A stretch of DNA of 63,390 nucleotides, filler included, from Collodictyon triciliatum (GCA_043381765.1; 12 parts of 12 records of this genome joined end to end with filler, not necessarily neighbours in it), one strand, 5' to 3'; shown: positions 11,733-24,770, numbered from the whole stretch's first letter. Made by a program: numbers and translations. The notes: generated from the sequence alone by a model not told the origin.

Positions 11733-11920
11733 TTTTTTTTTAATAAAAAAATCAAACAGAATGCAGCAAATCCTTTTCACTTTTAAATTCGACAGTGCCC
11801 CCGCAGCAGCTCGACCGCTTCAAATGATCGACGGTATATTTCCACACACGCTCTATAACTAACACACAAGTCATAAGTAATGAGATTATCGTAATAGGTT
11901 CCATTACTTATATAAATATT

Positions 11921-13486
11921 TTATTCTACGCGGAAAGTCTGTTGGTTGGATTGAATTTCCAGGACTGCGTCATACAGCGATGCAACAATAACCTGGTAGT
12001 CTTTTCCAACAGCACCACTAAACTCTAGCCGCAAACTCATAAGCCCTGACCCTTGCTGTAAATCACTTCCGACTATCTCTCCCTCAACTGCATCGAGGAC
12101 TTTGCGCAGATTGAACCCAAGCATAAATTCAGAACATCCTTGTGCGGCTTCTCTAGCAAATCGTGTAACTCTTGCTTGATCTCCATCTACTAACGCGTTA
12201 AATGCACCATTCGTTTGTGAGACTCTAGTGTATGCATCAAAATTGGTGTTTATTCGAATACCCCCTCCACCAGTAGCTGCACTTATAGCTATACCATTTT
12301 CAGTTCTTGCAACAGGTTCACCTAAAGCAAGCCCAGCATTTAAATTAAAAACAGTTCCATATTTTGGTCCTCTAAATTCAGTTCCATCAAAACCAAACGG
12401 CCCAGTATATTTCCCGCGAACAAAAGTGAGACCCAATGCTTTTTGCAATTCAACAAATACCTGACTTGCATCATTTTCACAATCCATAGGTTGAAGAGGA
12501 TAATAAAATGAGCCAAGTTGAAGCTGGGCAGTTTTTAGACTGCCTGGAAAGTGTTTTCTGTCACGGCCTGCTACTGTAAATTTGTTTTGCTCGGCACTGT
12601 CGAAAAAAGCAACATAAACAGCGTTTAATGACTTTACTGTATCATTAATATTATACACAATATTTGAAGTTGTAGTAGATGGTAAAGAGTAAAGTGAAGT
12701 CCTCCAAGTCTTGTATGGAATTTGAAGGGGAATTCCGCGTTGAATGCTGCTTTGAAGTTGTTGGTGATATTCAGGAGCCATTCTCACCAAATCATAAGAC
12801 ATATAACAATTAGATAAAACATATGAAGCCGTCGTATCAGGTACTCCAACTGTAGCGGCAGCTGCTTGGACATTATACGCTTGCATACACTGAGATGCTG
12901 GTGCGAGCTCTATTTCAATCTGAAAGGCAGTCACACTATCTATAAGACTTGTACTAATTAAACCTGAATACTGACTAATTCCAGACAATCGCAAAGGAAT
13001 ACAATAATTTTTCTTTTTTAATTGTGAAAGTAGAGATTGAGTTTGTCTATGATTTCTGATTCTTTCATATGCAGAACCAATACCCATCGTAGCTTTGCCT
13101 ACTGTATTATTAAAATCATCTGAAACATAATTCAAAAACATAGAGTCCAAATAATTATATCTTTGTATATCTTCGAGTAAAAAGGACGTCCCCTTTCGGA
13201 TACGCAACGCTGAAATAATTGATTCAATTGAATTGTTAAAATAATAATCGTGTGATGCTCTATCTCCAGCACCAGGTGTAATTTCAACATCAAAATGAAA
13301 CATCAACGTGTCCATATCTAATTCCATACCTGTCTCGCTCGGTACGTTCCAGAGAATTCTATCTGTCTGGGTTGGACCAAAGCGACCACCATTAAACGGA
13401 GTAATTTTTGATGTATTTCGCGAAAGAACTTTGTCGTTGTAATTCTTTACGCGCATATATTTTGCTTCAGAAGGAAATTCGGACAT
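11921..13486 (-). CDS. Major capsid protein, double jelly-roll, Polinton-like virus type (521 aa)
   Basis: Motif series recalled from PLV MCPs: ITPFNG..F.P..I.WNVP…LD….F.FD; SIIS.LRI….LLEDIQ.YN; YCIPL.LSG; IEIELA; YVLSN…YD.V; IPYKTW; SLNAVYV.F; QLQLG..YYP.QP; ELQKA; FMLGFNL; GSD; YDAVLEI near the C-terminus. Same contig as Tlr6F. Confidence 0.8.
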   Translation of the reverse strand: MSEFPSEAKYMRVKNYNDKVLSRNTSKITPFNGGRFGPTQTDRILWNVPSETGMELDMDTLMFHFDVEITPGAGDRASHDYYFNNSIESIISALRIRKGTSFLLEDIQRYNYLDSMFLNYVSDDFNNTVGKATMGIGSAYERIRNHRQTQSLLSQLKKKNYCIPLRLSGISQYSGLISTSLIDSVTAFQIEIELAPASQCMQAYNVQAAAATVGVPDTTASYVLSNCYMSYDLVRMAPEYHQQLQSSIQRGIPLQIPYKTWRTSLYSLPSTTTSNIVYNINDTVKSLNAVYVAFFDSAEQNKFTVAGRDRKHFPGSLKTAQLQLGSFYYPLQPMDCENDASQVFVELQKALGLTFVRGKYTGPFGFDGTEFRGPKYGTVFNLNAGLALGEPVARTENGIAISAATGGGGIRINTNFDAYTRVSQTNGAFNALVDGDQARVTRFAREAAQGCSEFMLGFNLRKVLDAVEGEIVGSDLQQGSGLMSLRLEFSGAVGKDYQVIVASLYDAVLEIQSNQQTFRVE

Positions 13487-13506
13487 ATATTAACAAAGAA
13501 AAAAAA

Positions 13507-13866
13507 TTATGTCATTGGACGAAATCCGCGCCCTGTTGAGGCAAGCACGTACGCCTGGCCAAGGTCCTGAATTCCTGAGCCGATGGCCGACGCGTTTTGA
13601 AGTTTCCAGTCGGTTTTCCCCAGGGTCGACAACCCTTTCCCCAGGAAATTCGCGGCGGTGATTGTGCTCACCAGCGGGTTGGCAATTGTCTGAAATGCAG
13701 GTTTGATTCCTGTTCCTTGCAGCCCCAACTCAACTAGTCCGCCGCTAGCTCGATTCAAATCTGAGTAGGCTCTGTCCAATCGTTGCAGTTTGTTTAGTGC
13801 GTTGTCTGTGTGTCGCGTAAGGAATCGACCGACCCCCCTGGCTTGTTTTCTAACATCAACAATCAT
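13507..13866 (-). CDS. Small basic/Gly-rich amphipathic protein immediately upstream of MCP (119 aa)
   Basis: Intact ORF ending 20 bp before the MCP start, same strand; basic N-terminus and G/A/L-rich helices. Confidence 0.65.
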   Translation of the reverse strand: MIVDVRKQARGVGRFLTRHTDNALNKLQRLDRAYSDLNRASGGLVELGLQGTGIKPAFQTIANPLVSTITAANFLGKGLSTLGKTDWKLQNASAIGSGIQDLGQAYVLASTGRGFRPMT

Positions 13867-13899
13867 ACTCTAGGCAAGAAATTTTATATTAGTTATATT

Positions 13900-15999
13900 A
13901 TGGGAAGGCCTAGTAAAAAAAATTTGGTAAAGTACACGAAAGAGGCTTACGCTGCACATTTGCAAAATTTAGATTTTGATGAGCATATAAATATTTATTT
14001 TAATTTATTTGATATAGCCCGTGGATACGATATAAAAAAAGTAGATAATAGACCACAAATATTTTCTTTTGTTAAAGCTATGCAAAGAAAACAACCGGTA
14101 TTTGAAAATCCAGATACTAGAATAGCATATATTGTTGATCTTTATACAAAAATTGGTGTTAATTATATAAGAAAAGAATTAGATAGTTTTCAAAATTTGA
14201 GTGACGTATTGCGCAATAAAACTTCAGCAGATGTTGAAGATGTAGAAGAAGAACAAGAAGAGGATGATGACGAAGAAGCTCCAAGTGCAAGCCAAACTCC
14301 AAGTGCAAGCCAATCTCAACCCACTAAAGAAGAATTGATGGATGCAATAACGGTGGATGATGAAACCTTTCAAGAAATTGATCCAGAAAATTTTCAACAA
14401 CCAGTGTTTAATAACCCCCGTAGACAATCAATAGAAGAAATTACTAATATTAAACTTCAACAAACAAGTTCACCATTACCAGTTGAAGAAGAAGAACAAG
14501 AAAAAGAAGCAAGTTTTGACTTGGATACAACATTTGGTAGACTGGAACAGTATTTTTCACAATTTGATGATGAAATGGAAAGTGAAGAAGGACAAGCACA
14601 CTGGACAGAATTAGCATTAAAAATTATAAGTGAAGTAGGAAAAAAAAAGTCGCCTCTGGATATACCTTATTTGCAAAAAAGAGATGCTCGTGGGGGTCCT
14701 ATTAAAACAGTTATTTACACCGCTATGAATCTTGCACTGAAAGAATGGTTTAAGCACAGGGGGTTTTCTTATAAAGAAAACATACCTAAGGCATTTAATG
14801 ATCTAAAGGAATTTGAATTTATGCAATATTTAGACGATGAATTTGGAGAAGAAATAAGAGAATATTTGTATGCTTTTCAAATAGGCCAACCATACGAAGA
14901 TTTAGATGAAGATGAAATTTTATATAATATATGTTGGAACATCGCATACTACAGATATATTGCAGAACTTGAAAAAATAAAAGAACAAGAGCAGGCAGCA
15001 GAGGAGCGTCGAAGCCGGGCTGAATTATTTAATGCGAAAAGAGAAAAGCAATTGAAAGAGATTGAAGAAAGAAAAGAAAGAAAAAGACAAGAAGCTCTTG
15101 AAAAAAAAAGGCAGGCTGAAGAGGCCCTGGCAGAAAAATTAAAAAAAGGTGAGGAAGTAAGACGGTTGAAATTACAAAAAGAAATTCTCCAAGAATATCA
15201 AAAAAGATATTTACAAAAAATTCCGCCGGATGAAACTGACGAAACAGTTGTTCAAAATCAAGCACTTGTTACTAGAGTTGATGATGCCATTGTTTCACAA
15301 TTAATTCCAGTAATGAATCAAGAAGAAGAACAAATAATTATAAGAGACCTAGTACAAGCAACAAATCAAGGGGTACTTTTGGAAGTAGCAGACCAAGTAG
15401 CAAAGACAATGCAAATGAGTATAAAAGATTTTATAATAAAAAATTCTGACCAACAATCAGATGCTGGGTATGAAAAATTCTTTTATTCATTACCTCAATC
15501 TGACCAAGAAGTAGTAAGAGAAATAAGTGAATTTAGACAGGAAATATTTAATTTAAAACAAGCTAGAGCGCAAGTTGTTCAAACTGAAATCAGAGCTCTT
15601 GCAGTTGCAGATATTTTAAATGACGAATACAAGGCGCAGATTGCTCGTGAACAGAAAGACCTTGAATTAATTGTTAACGATTCACTTGATGCCAGACTTA
15701 ATGAATTGGATGACATAAATCTTTCTAACTTAATTGCAAAAAATATTGTTTCAATGGTCCAAGTAAATGCAAGTATTTCCCGGAGTATGTTAGAGCAGTC
15801 AATGGATGATTTATTTACTACGTTTGAACGCTCGCAAATATTCAACCAAGCAAATTATGTTCAAAATGCGCAGAGAAGTGCTAGTATTTTATTTGGATCA
15901 AAAGTTTTGGGTAGCGCATCAGTATTTGACCCAGACCAATCAACACTTACATATATAGGCTCGCGAATTCTAACTCCTGCTCAAAGTTTTGCAGAACAG
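13900..15999 (+). CDS. Large acidic/coiled-coil viral protein with N-terminal GRP (AT-hook-like) motif, 3' partial
   Basis: Likely start ATG 13900 (MGRPSKK), divergent from the 13866 ORF with a 33-bp gap; E/D tracts, PSASQ repeat, long E/K/R coiled coil. Confidence 0.75.
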
Positions 16000-16099
16000 N
16001 NNNNNNNNNNNNNNNNNNNNNNNNNNNNNNNNNNNNNNNNNNNTTAATTAATTAANNNNNNNNNNNNNNNNNNNNNNNNNNNNNNNNNNNNNNNNNNNN

Positions 16100-17495
16100 C
16101 CGTCTACGGCCTCAGTCGTCAGGATAACCGTGCCAGGGATGACCCCCAATCCTCCACAAGTTCCAAGGCGAATAATCATGGCATTTTCAACCTTTAATTG
16201 AGTAGCTTACATTTTGATATTCTATAAAAGCAAATGAACAAAAAAAAAAAAGATTCTATCAGTATTTTAAAAAGGCTTGTAAACCTCTGAGTAGTACAGA
16301 AGCTTCACTAATTCATGAAGGAGAATGCTCAAGGACGGTTGCCCCATTCCATGCTTATCATAAGAATAAAACTCTAGGTAAGTATATTTCGTGTAGAAGA
16401 TGTCATTATTGAACCCATTCGCCACTATTGCTCAACATCATCAAATATATATATTGAGGGTATTCGTATTACATTCACGCAGATTACAGGACCAGCTTTG
16501 TACATCTCATACCTATAATGAAATTTGCCATAAATATAAAAAAAATGGGTGTATATGATGTTCAAAGTGCAGACTTCTCTTCTTTTTTTTTCTGTTTTCT
16601 GTCTTGTTTTTTTTTTCTCAAAAGATCATTTATTGTTGATGCTGTTATGCTTACCTATCTGATTTTCCGATAGGAACAAGATCTGCTCCCAAAGGCAACT
16701 CCACCTCTAGGGCTTTTAAGGTTTTTTTGGCAACTTTTCGGATTCTTGAGGCACTTCCACCAATCAAAACGTACTTTTTTGGAAAGAGTTAGTGAATATA
16801 TATATATATAGCGATTGATGTAGGTACTCAAGAGTACATTTTTTGAATTAAGATGATAACGAGGACAAGATGAACTTCACGACACAATGTGCGGGTGTTG
16901 CTTTAGTATTTGCATGATTTTTTTTGTATCATGTATTTGTTTCTATGGAGAGCAAAATATACCCGGACATCACCGAACATCGAGGGAAATCCCATACTAG
17001 ACTTCAAACCCAAGTGATATCTATTCACATATATTATAATTATCGACAAAATTTTGGATTTTCCGTGTCTATTTTACGTTAAATCGCTACTCGAAATATA
17101 AAAATATCTCGATAAAGTAAAGTAAAGAAAAAGAAAAAAAAAACAACTCAATTTTGAAACGTCACTTTGAACGAGTGATTGAATTAATGAATGAATGAAT
17201 TAATAAATGGATATAATGTGCCTTACAAGTGATCGACACTCAGTTTTTGGAGGTGGGGATTTGGCAAGCTCTGGATAGCTCGCGTAGATTTCATGGCTTT
17301 TTGTGCTACAACCCTACAGCCACGCATTACAATGGAAGATGAACATAGAGAAGTAGGGTCTACATTCGACCTTTATTCATGCAATGTATGAAGAGGACAG
17401 AAGAATAAGGAGGTTGAGCTTTGATCAACGTACGCTGGTGCGGATTCAGGCTCTTTCTTGGCCTCCACTTCGGTAGGAGCCTTCGAAGCAAGCAT
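16100..17495 (-). CDS. UPP: Uridine phosphorylase (eukaryotic UPP1/2 type), multi-exon, 3' partial
   Basis: Spliced exons read LYHLGL…MFGDVR / YVLIGGSASR / RYEMYKAGPVICVN / HGMGQPSLSILLHELVKLLYY / IIRLGTCGGLGVIPGTVILTTEAVDG; GT-AG introns. Confidence 0.92.
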
Positions 17496-17735
17496 GATTG
17501 ATTGGGATGTCTCTCTCTCTGTTTTTATTTAATTGCTTAGTTCACTTTATTGATAGGCACATTATTCTCTTTTCCAATTTCGTATTGCGACAAGAGGCTC
17601 CGTCATTTATTAGTGTATATTATATTTGTCTTTTATAAACTTTTCTCATTACCTCTGATAGAGATAACTTCCTGCTCGCGAATTAGAGTGCTAGTCACAA
17701 ATTATCAGGCCCTTTTTTCATTCAATATTTCTTTT

Positions 17736-17853
17736 GTGTTTTTTCTGTTTTTTCTGTTTTTTCTGTTTTTTCTGTTTTTTCTGTTTTTTCTGTTTTTTCT
17801 GTTTTTTCTGTTTTTTCTGTTTTTTCTGTTTTTTCTGTTTTTTCTGTTTTTTT
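17736..17853 (+). repeat. (TTTTTTCTG)n minisatellite
   Basis: About 12 tandem 9-mers. Confidence 0.9.
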
Positions 17854-19729
17854 TCAAACGGCGCGTGTTGCTTATTCCCCTCTGCCAATTCAACCCGATC
17901 AATGAGCAAATTTCGAGCCATACGCCTGTTTCCTTTGGCATGGTTTGCGGAGAAACCCCAAAAGGGTGGCAAAATCTACATATTTATATAGGGAGGAATC
18001 TCGTGTGTTCTCTCGCAGGGGATTCACTCCATGCGAAGTTTTTTTTTAAAGAAGATTTGGACACACATCCGAATCTTTGGTAGGTTATTTTTTTCCGTGT
18101 GAATTAATGTATCATTCTTTCACACTCGGCGGAGACTGTGCCGTCGTTCAGGCTTCTCATGACCTTGATGGACTACTATCAAAAACTGTGCTTCTGCCGC
18201 AATAGCCTGGTTGCTTGCTTGTGATTATTATTATAATTGCTTTTATTTTTTTTTTCGTCAAGAGATTTACACAGCGGACTAATATGTTGTTGGTTTTGTA
18301 TACAATGGTGTCCAGGAGCTTCCTTCTCTTGTTTTCTTTTTTTCTTTTTTTTCTTTTTTTCTTTTTTTCTTTTTTTCTTTTTTTCCTTTTTTCTTTTTTT
18401 CTTTTTTTCTTTTTTCACTTTTCTTAATTTTTTGTTTTTATTTTGTCTCCATTATCTTAATTTTTATGTCCCGATGGGGCTATGCATTATGATGATATAG
18501 AAAAAAAGAGACTGAGTTATTAATGAGATAAGAGATATGATATAAAAGGTCCATGTCTTTGATTACAGGATATGGACGCGGAAAAGGCTATTGACGACAG
18601 GGTCCAATGATTGAAGACGTAGGTATTGCAAAAGCTGGTGTTGATGTGATTTCAAGCAGTATTGATGGCTGCTTTCCATGTCATCATAAAAAAATCAATT
18701 CAACTCGACAACACAAGCTGCAGAATGTTAGTTGAGTGCTTGCAGTACAGACTCGGAGTGGGTTATATATTGAGGGCTCTAAAAGTGGTATGCTAAATGG
18801 TTTCCCATAACATAAAAGAAAAGCTTGGTAAAAGATTATACCGAAAAAAAAAAGAATGGGGATAGTGAGAATGCTAAGTCATTCCTGCCAGGCGAATGGT
18901 GATATCTACCCAAGTAACTCGAGGGAAGAAAGTCGTTAATATGTCGTTACGAGCGGAGAAGTGTGTGCTAGCTTGAACTTTCTGCTCGTGTAGATTTCAA
19001 AAGAAATTACAAGGGATTTTCTTGACGCTATTTATTTTGTTTATCACGAAGGGGAAAATACATCGATATGAGGTTTCCAAAAGCTTCTAGGGGTTTCTTT
19101 AGCATATTGGGTATATTTACACAATCAAGTGTAGCCTTAGGTCTCTAAAAATCAGAGAACCCTTCTGCATCCAGTGTGGATCTTATTGTTTCCAGTCGCA
19201 GAGTAGATTTTTCCGGTGTGGAATTCACAATGTTTGAGTGAATCCTTTCAGCGCGGTCATAGTGGTCTCTAAATAGTGGAAAAGTTGTATTGATGACAGG
19301 CTAATCAGTACAACATCAGAAAAATGAAAACAAATGAAAGGAATATTTGTTGGAATAAGTATTTAATGCATATAAAATGTTCAAGGAAAATTATTCACTT
19401 CGCCTGGTGAGTGAGGCCCCGCTTCAGATATCTAATTCAAGGAAATGACGAAACAATAGAGTTACGAAATATACTATTTCTCTATACATTTTATTAATTA
19501 TGTAAGTAGTTCTGAGAAAAATCCAAGACTGTGAGATATCGGTTGCATACGTGTCAGCAAGATCGAGATGTATGTCTAAAATCGCAGGGCTATTTTTCGG
19601 ATACCTGACTCTGCAACATGCAAGCTTTTGTGTCTGGTTGTTTGTGTGTGAGAATCATATTTGATTAATATTGTGATATTTCGATTCTTCAAGGTCAAAA
19701 GTTGACTGAACCATCCACAAATTTTGGGG

Positions 19730-20923
19730 TATATCCAGGACATGCAAAAATAAGAAAATGCGCTCATTTCTTCGCCTTCGTTTCCGGCACTCAGGGTTAT
19801 ATTTACCTGTAAATTTGCAGCTTTCTCATATTGCCCATCTTTCAATGCTGAAGCAATTTCTAAGGTAAGTTGGACGACTCTGTCAGAAGGTTCTGCAGCC
19901 GATACATTACGTGTTTCTGCTGCATGTCTCAAAATGTCTGGTATTTCTTGCTTTAGTTCATTGGGTGATTCACTCCTGCAGGCAAAACCCATGCTTAGAT
20001 ATATCAATAAATGAAGAAAACACCATTTATGCATACAAAGCAATACAGTGGACAACTCTCTACCCTAAAAAAAAGAAATTAATGAAAGTAATCTGCTTAA
20101 ATACAGATACAAACCATGCTTCTGTCGTGGTGTGATACTTTTTGGGCGCTATTCGGATTACTGGCACTGTGCGCTCGATCTCTGGCCCATTTAACTTGAA
20201 TTCATCTACAGGCAAGTCCGTGCACTCTGCCGCATCGACAATCGATTTGACCGCCCCAACACCATCCTTTCCTTTGGATTCCACTCGCGACGGAGCTGCT
20301 CGCTGAGGTTTGGTCTCCTTCTCCAGCGGGATTTTAATCGAATCCCTTTGGGAGTCTGTTTGGATATGAGCATCGTCCTTTGCATTCGATGTAGGCTTTG
20401 TCGTGGTCGATGGTCCATGTGTGATTCGTTTCTTTGAAGCTGAGGTGGCCACAGCACGCATCGGAGCTGGTGGGGGAGCACCGAATCCTGGGGAGAGTTT
20501 GCGTAATGGCCGAGGGTGATGTGGGATGGTATGAGTCTGCGAACCGCTGTTTAGACTCGGTGGGTCAAAGAGAATGGCACCCTGGCCGAGTGGCGAAGGG
20601 GTTGGAGGCCGTGATGGATTAGGTGTGTGCGGGATAGCGGGAACAGAATAATACGCTGGGTCGCATTGGATCGGAACATCACTGGCTGCAGCTGCACGGG
20701 ATGCTTGGGTCAAAGCCTTGTTTGAAGATGAGGATCGTTGAGAAGAATGGGTGATTGCCGCTGTGTTTGTGCTTTGGCCTCCGTGATATTGGATCGGCGC
20801 GGTTTTGCTGGTAGTAGAGTATGGAGATGCGGGCTGTATGATGAAGAGTTATTGGGCCGGGCCATGTGGCGTGGGGTGGGGCATGGTTAGATGCTTTGCG
20901 AAGGGCTTTGTTAAGAGGCATGA
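19730..20923 (-). CDS. Hypothetical multi-exon protein with Pro/Ser-rich N-terminal region
   Basis: Long GC-richer open frame 20060-20713 plus a downstream exon-like segment (SESPNELKQEIPDILRH…); boundaries approximate. Confidence 0.4.
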
Positions 20924-21647
20924 TGGTGTTTTGCAAAGCAAAGAACGGATAAGTAAATGGAAAAAAGAAGGGGGAGGAGGAGAAAATAGAAATACCCGTG
21001 AGCCTGCTGGTGAGGCTATGGAACTGGGTGTTGCTGGAATCGGGGGCCCGTTTTGGTACTTCGCTTCGTAGTATGCTCTGTGTGGTTGTGGATAAGCAGC
21101 GTGTTAAGTTGGAGGCCAACAAGGCTAACAAGCCGCCTTCTAAGAAGGAAGGAGAAATGAAAGGGTGAGGGAGAGACGAAACAAATAAATAAACAAATAA
21201 ACAAACAAATAAATAAATGAACAAATAAACAAACAAATAAATAAATAAACAAACAAACAAAAGAACAAAAGAATAAAAGAACAAACAAACAAAAAAAAAA
21301 AAAAAAAACAAAAAAAAAAAAAAAAAAACAAAAAAAAAAACAAAAAAAAAAACAANNNNNNNNNNNNNNNNNNNNNNNNNNNNNNNNNNNNNNNNNNNNT
21401 TAATTAATTAANNNNNNNNNNNNNNNNNNNNNNNNNNNNNNNNNNNNNNNNNNNNAGAAAAAGAAAGAAAAAGAAAAGAAAGAAAAAGAAAAGAAAGAAA
21501 AAGAAAAGAAAGAAAAAGAAAAGAAAGAAAAAGAAAAGAAAGAAAAAGAAAAGAAGAAAAAGAAGAAGAAAAAGAAGAAGAAAAAGATGAAAAAGAAGAA
21601 GAAAAAGATGAAAAAAAAGGCTAAATTAACATTGCATCAAATACAGC

Positions 21648-24600
21648 TTTGAAAACTCTGAGCGTGTGAATGCCTTACTGGGTTATGCAATCAATGGGCC
21701 TGCTCCTGGCGTGAAAGTTCAGCACTTGTCGACCGAACAATTCACGTTTGAATTAAAATCTAAAAATCTAAAAGTATATGACACCGTATAAAACCAAAAA
21801 AAAAAAACAACCAAAAAAAAAATGGAAGCTCTATTCTGCAAAACAAGTTCAATGACAATATCAAAATAACCATACGAAGAATTCTCAAGCATGATTTATA
21901 GTATGCTCATTCTATAAATAATTCACTTAAAATGCATTTTACATAGCATAATCCGGAATGCCGGTGATATAATCGGGAAGGAAATCCCGCAAGTGTTGGA
22001 GCGTCTTCTGTCTGACGGAAACGGGTTGTTAATAGCAGAGTTTCTATCGAATCCTGAGCCGAGAGCCACTTCTTTCGTGCTGAACTTTGCAAAGATCTTT
22101 GAAGTTCTGCTTAAGTCTCACAAGGATAAGGTCAGAATTTCGAATAATGCCATCAAATAACAATAATTACTTCTGTAAAAAGATATTCTTCTGTTTTGTT
22201 CGAATATTGTCTTTTTTTTTTTAAAAAAAAAAAATGAAAAAAGAGATATAGAAGCCAACTTTTTACGGAATTCGTCACGTACAATTTATGACTAAACCAG
22301 GTGGCTGACTTTTTCGAGGCACACCCAGACGCATACACCAATATTGTGCATCACGCACACACATTAAAGATACTGGATATTTATGCGGACTTGTGCAATT
22401 TTAATCCGTCTGATAGATTACTACGCCTCGTTTCTGAAAAGAATACCGTCAAGACCCTATTCCAGCTCGCTTTTACGCATGTACTATGATTAATTCGGTT
22501 GCAAAATTACCCTTGATTCTCTTGTGTTTATCAAACTTCTTCTCTTGCATTTTTTTATATAATAGTGATAATAATGACTAGTTCTAAGATGAGAGGAAAG
22601 GTTTTTTTTTTGAAGATATTCAATTTGTATACATGTATTTATGAAAGAGCGTAATCGTACTTACGCAAGTGTCAATACTTACAATCAAATACATATGAAA
22701 GGCTGATAAAAAGGTTCAAGCAAATGCCTGCTCCACCTTGGAATACTTTGGGAATGTAATTGCTCGTCAGACTGCAGTCACGCCGCTACTGACCAGCTTC
22801 ATACAGACAGAAAATATTGATACCCTGCTCAAAGCTGGGTTGAACGTATATAGCTAAATTTCAAATGTGACTGATTTGTAATTGATTTGTAATTAATTTA
22901 CCGTTTTTTTTTCTTTCACCTCCGAATAGCATTATCATGCCTTACTTTCACACTCTGACCATTATCCCGTTCCATATTTTGCAAAATATGTAGCACGAGC
23001 ATAAACCAAGACACTTTATAATGCTTGCCCGTGAAATTCTAAGGCTTGTTGATGGAAAACTCTTGACAAAGGTCATCGAGGCGTCTGAAGAAGAGCGCAT
23101 TATTCCCCTCTATTGTGCTACTATTGGAGATATTGCAAACATCCTTCGCCAAGACTACGTATGTTGTTCTTTGGTGTAATTTCTTCATTTCTTCCTTAAC
23201 CATGGCCGATGAATAAAGATCTGGCTAGGAGGAGTATGCTATCATATGCCACAATAGGATTATTTTCTTTTTCATCGCTTTCACATATATATTTTTATCT
23301 CGTTAGCTTTGTAACATATTTTTTTGAACAAATTTGAAAAGGGTGATTCGAAATTAACTGCTTATCGAGTCTCTTTGATCCAAATGCTCGAGCACATCTA
23401 CCGCAAATGGCCACAACGTGCAGCTTCTGAAACTGTGAAGCACGGTCTTTTTGGTCCCCTTTTGGTTTGATTTTAATTCAAAGTATTGGTACCTATGCGT
23501 TATCCATCTCAAATTGAGATGAAAAAAGAAAGAATTTTACGTTAATTGGTGTATTTGCCGAATACTTACTATCAATCAGAATGCTATACCGCGCTTTTAT
23601 TTTGTTTCAAAGTACCCTTAAGCGATTTCTCTTTTCCCAGGAAACTGTCGTGCGTTTTCCGAACAATAATACAGGCCAAAACTATGTTTCCATCATCGTT
23701 TCTCACGTTCTAAAAAAGAAAGTTCCGGCGCTTTCCACAGAGGTTTTTAATTTTTTTTATACCCTTTCATTCGATGATTGTTTTTTTTATTTATTTATTT
23801 ATTCTTAAATCACTTTTATAGCACCATTTGATTTGCTTTCTTGATGAATTTATTCGAAAAAGGAACAGTTTTGAAACTCTTCTTTCTTTAAAATGTGCTT
23901 CAATATGATATACTATTTCTCAATTTAAACTGAATATTTATTAGCTGATTGTAAAAGCACAACTTCCAAAAGTAATCAAGGACAATTTTGACGAATCGGA
24001 TGTTGAGTATTGATTTCTTTTGCCTAAATGTTAAATCTAATAAGAAACATATTTCCGACTCGACTTTCCTCTTATTTTATTTTCATGTATATACGCCAAC
24101 TTTTCTTTGATAAACTAATAAAAAAAATTATGTGTGTAAATTAAACACACTTTCTTTTCTTTTCCATTTCCCCCATAATTCATCACTATTTGAGGTTCCG
24201 TGATGGAAACTATCGTCTGTCCTATCACGGTCATCTTACGCGCATGGCGGAGGAGTTGCAGTCCAGTAACTCTGGCAGCGATATCGAGCAAGGTATTTGC
24301 AGCGGATGATATGACCAAATAACCACAGAGCCATTCGTTTCTCTGCTGATGTCCTTCTGTAGATAGAGTTATTGCCCTTATTTTGCATACATGAAAATAT
24401 TGCCCATTTTCCCTTTTCTTCTTGTCGTTTCATCCCTCTTGATATCTCGAGTGAGCGAACCACATTTCAAATGACTTAGTGATGCAAGACTGGGATGCCT
24501 TCTATGAGTCTGTCATTGAGGCCAAGTTGCAAAAGGAGGAAATACAGGAGCCCGAAATCGAGGTAGTTGGGTGAATAGTGGAAATAGATTTTTTTTTTTC

Positions 24601-24770
24601 ATGTGATAATATATTAAGATAAAATAATGAACAAAAAAAAAGCGATAAAAATAACAAAACAGAAAACAACAACAAATCCCGTATTTTACTACATTCTTTA
24701 GTATAGTATACCATATCCAACATTTAATTATTTCACAGGATGCTCCCGAGCATCTTTCGTCCAGCCCGGT
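21648..24770 (+). CDS. SAPS-domain protein (SIT4/PP6 phosphatase regulatory subunit-like), multi-exon, 5' partial
   Basis: Exons read IAEFLSNPEPRATSFVLNFAKIFEVLL, LTAYRVSLIQML, RFPNNNTGQNYVSIIVSHVL, RLSYHGHLTRMAEEL (cf. SAPS RLGYMGHLTxIAEEV) and DWDAFYESVI. Confidence 0.75.

Larger units (their letters stand above)
10734..15999. mobile_element. Polinton-like virus (PLV) genome fragment, endogenous or co-sequenced
   Basis: Compact, intronless, AT-rich, microsatellite-free contig with a double-jelly-roll-type MCP and Tlr6F. Confidence 0.8.

Noticed and set aside
1-15999. One continuous viral/retroelement island spanning the first three contigs
   Set aside because: The contigs are separated by artificial linkers and appear ordered by length, so adjacency is not biological.
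18565-18625. In-frame TGA (GYGRGKGY*RQGP) as selenocysteine
   Set aside because: The reading frame and gene model here could not be established, and no SECIS or selenoprotein family is recognisable.
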